This document shows positions 62,050 through 64,000 of a stretch of DNA of 64,000 nucleotides, in pieces. Positions within the stretch are counted from its first letter, which is position 1. The number at the start of each line of letters is the position of its first letter. The position numbers and the translations under genes were made by a program. This DNA is from Dehalococcoidia bacterium. GTDB taxonomy: Bacteria; Chloroflexota; Dehalococcoidia; Lucifugimonadales; JAGWBF01. Below the pieces are notes generated by a model. That model ran no database searches. It saw only the letters and a list, made by a program, of their open reading frames with translations, and was not told the DNA's origin. The stretch is taken from the NCBI GenBank assembly GCA_964291465.2, contig OZ219934.1, forward strand, positions 6,768 through 70,767, written 5' to 3'.

Positions 62050-63910
62050 CATTCTCTGGCCCTACTTGATACCTGATTGGCAGCTAGCCTCCATGTTGGA
62101 CATTCTAGTCAGATCATTCAACTAGAGCTTGGCATGGCGGGGTGGCATTTCCATCGAGGAGTCTGATGCTCCGACTATTCGACGACAAGTCCAGAGATTG
62201 GACCAGGCCATCGCTTCAGGCCGAGTCAATTTACTCCTTTCTCGACCGATCCTCGCTCCCGTAGTATGAGCGAGTACGGTGTATGCTCCAGCGTTGGGTC
62301 GATCGTTTCCCATCTGAGCATCAGCCTCATATCCTGGGCCTAATGCGACATAAGGGTTACGGATCAAGAGCTAACGACAGGCAGTTTAATGCAGGATTCT
62401 TCGAGCTGTTTCTGCATGGATTCTTGAATGGTACTGACGGGAGGGTGGAGGCCCAGCCTTCACACGAAAGTCGCACCCCAGATTTTCGCGTGACACTGGT
62501 CCTCGAAGATGGGGCTGAATTCAGCTACATGGTTGAAGCGACGGATCTCGACTTGGAGACCAGTACCTCCCTTGAGAGAGACCAGAATGAACTTTCGGTT
62601 TTCGACAAACTGAACGAGATTTCGTCCCCCGATTTTCGTCTGTCACTCCAAACTGAGGGGAAGCTGATATCCACCCCGCCTTTACGGAAACTAAAGCAAC
62701 ACTTCGAAGATATGATCAAAGAGACGGACTACGACGATCAGCTTGGCATTTACATTGGCTGCGGCCAAGACCCAACGCACCTCCCTTTAATTCCTCCATT
62801 CTCACACGGGAACTGGAAGCTAACCGGTCGACTGATTCCGGTCTTGCCCGAAGGCCGCCCAAACTCGGGGACTCTGATTCTGCTCTACCCTGCTAAAGTT
62901 GGTCACTACGATGACATAGGCAAGACAAAGGCGCGGTTAAAGGAAAAGATAGGGCAATACCCTAATGCGGAAAACTTGATCATCGCTCTGCGCTGTAACC
63001 TGACTAACGACAGGCTGGACGAAGCGTTGTTGGGGAAACTGGGGGCCAGTCCCTATCGGAGGCGTGAGGGAACCAGTTCAGTAGTGTTTCATGGTCCCTT
63101 CGTCAATCGTAGGATGGATGGATTCTGGGCCAACACCTCTGGTCCTCAGCACAAGGACGTGATAGGCGTGGTAGCCTTCTATGACCTGTACCCATGGTCT
63201 CTGGCAAACACGAGAGCGGTTTTCTATTCAAACCCGTACGTGGACTCGCCAATGCCAGATTGGACCAACTTGATCACGCATGCGGATTACTCAGACGGAG
63301 AAGTAAGGATGGTTGAAGGAACACCTCCCTACGAGTTTCTGAGAGACTACGAAGCAATCGGGAACCCCTTCGAGTAACCGCACATCCGCAAACGGCTGAA
63401 GGTGATTCAGCCTATCTGCAAGAGGAGGCTATGTGATTGTGGGCCGGCGACGGTCGAGGGGAGCTTACCACCTTATTCTAAAGTGAGACCTCCCAGCGAC
63501 AAGTCGCAATTCGGTCTTACACGGCCCACCACACCTACGCATCACGGCGTACACCGCCACATCCGTGTCCCTTAGTTGGAATGCCGAGACGGGGGCCTCC
63601 GTTACAAGGTCGAGATGAAGCGGAGGCAGCTCCCGGCACTTGGGGTTCCAGCAGGACCAGCACAACAACGTCCCTTGCCTATGGTGGGCTGAATCCTTGT
63701 GAGTCCGATTCTTTCCGCATGCGGCCGTTCCCCTGGCAAGGGCCGGGCCCGTGGGCCTGGCGGCGGTCTCCTTCAGTCACTCCATTCGATAACCATTCAA
63801 GAGACCCTAAAGAGGCGTTAACCGATCCTTGACCTGCCGTTAACAGGCGGCTGCTAGCGTAGAAGGCGAAGGGAGACAAGAGATGAACGGCAGAGGGGAG
63901 CCGAACATAC
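62050..63910. other. AT-rich islet immediately 3' of tRNA-Lys (possible integration remnant)
   Basis: Hand count is about 45% GC for line 62581-62640. It holds one orphan ORF plus about 530 nt with no convincing ORF. No integrase or tRNA-3'-end direct repeat is present inside the window. Confidence 0.45.
62283..63377 (+). CDS. Hypothetical protein (orphan; probably N-terminally truncated by an in-frame TAG)
   Basis: 364-aa ORF with AT-rich codon usage. The same frame is open from 62109, has an ATG at 62166, and is interrupted only by TAG 62262-62264. A TPDFRV...MVEAT segment gives a weak PD-(D/E)xK hint. Confidence 0.55.
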   Translation: MLQRWVDRFPSEHQPHILGLMRHKGYGSRANDRQFNAGFFELFLHGFLNGTDGRVEAQPSHESRTPDFRVTLVLEDGAEFSYMVEATDLDLETSTSLERDQNELSVFDKLNEISSPDFRLSLQTEGKLISTPPLRKLKQHFEDMIKETDYDDQLGIYIGCGQDPTHLPLIPPFSHGNWKLTGRLIPVLPEGRPNSGTLILLYPAKVGHYDDIGKTKARLKEKIGQYPNAENLIIALRCNLTNDRLDEALLGKLGASPYRRREGTSSVVFHGPFVNRRMDGFWANTSGPQHKDVIGVVAFYDLYPWSLANTRAVFYSNPYVDSPMPDWTNLITHADYSDGEVRMVEGTPPYEFLRDYEAIGNPFE

Positions 63911-64000
63911 ATGACAAGAGACGACGACTTCTACTTCATTCACATCAGCGATACCCACATGACGCCGCCACACGGCGGGCCCTATACGGGCGACGACACG
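63911..64000 (+). CDS. Metallophosphoesterase (N-terminal 30 aa only, runs off window end)
   Basis: ATG 63911 follows GGGGAG. MTRDDDFYFIHISDTHM carries the DxH motif I of calcineurin-like phosphoesterases. Confidence 0.5.
   Translation, partial: MTRDDDFYFIHISDTHMTPPHGGPYTGDDT

Noticed and set aside
63465-63912. Small ORFs 63465-63668 (-), 63581-63832 (+) and 63679-63912 (-) as genes or transposase remnants.
   Set aside because: They overlap each other, lack SDs and carry no motif I recognise. CWSCWNPKC is suggestive of a zinc knuckle but is isolated. I cannot support a call.
62050-64000. attL/attR direct repeat of the tRNA-Lys 3' end, and an integrase, that would define a complete integrated element.
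   Set aside because: I scanned by eye for GGTTCGAATCCCAGCCGGCCC-like sequence downstream of the tRNA and found none in the window. No integrase-like ORF is present. Only an islet can be claimed, not a defined mobile element.

Overview
High-G+C bacterial chromosomal segment. Hand counts of single 60-nt lines give about 70% GC in core genes, about 55% at 15.2 kb and about 45% at 62.6 kb. Gene content fits a Terrabacteria-type organism (Chloroflexota-like or high-GC Firmicutes-like), but the phylum cannot be fixed from the sequence alone.

Most of the window is housekeeping, with strong motif support:
- asp23/amaP alkaline-shock locus with a divergent TetR gene, and mgtE
- a ThDP enzyme, an SMP-30 lactonase and comEC
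- NAD-dependent formate dehydrogenase behind a Fur-family gene
- otsA/otsB, nadE and recA
- plsY, a PHP phosphoesterase, ymdB and rny
- tsaD and an OmpR/histidine-kinase pair
- gcvT-H-PA-PB, an aldehyde dehydrogenase, rho, tal/fsa, pyrG and tRNA-Lys(UUU)

No rRNA, CRISPR array, transposase or integrase was recognised.

Non-ordinary content:
1. An AT-richer islet (about 14.2-17.0 kb) of small orphan ORFs. It abuts an effector-less STAND (NB-ARC-type) NTPase-TPR gene that looks leaderless.
2. A second AT-rich islet directly 3' of tRNA-Lys, carrying an amber-interrupted orphan ORF.
3. A coiled-coil protein built from near-identical 54-nt tandem units, fused to a nuclease-fold-like domain.
4. An ABC exporter gene pair broken by three frame disruptions, and a pentapeptide-repeat gene split in two. 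All four disruptions need a +1 shift.
5. Four of eleven convergent gene junctions overlap by exactly 4 nt (CTAG three times, CTAA once).
6. Several short GC-rich palindromic or dispersed repeat families and phased direct repeats in intergenic regions.
7. A recurrent, easily visible sigma-70-like promoter grammar.

I cannot demonstrate a novel system from sequence alone. The best candidate is the STAND-TPR gene together with the adjacent islet. Family names come from motif recognition by eye, not from database searches.
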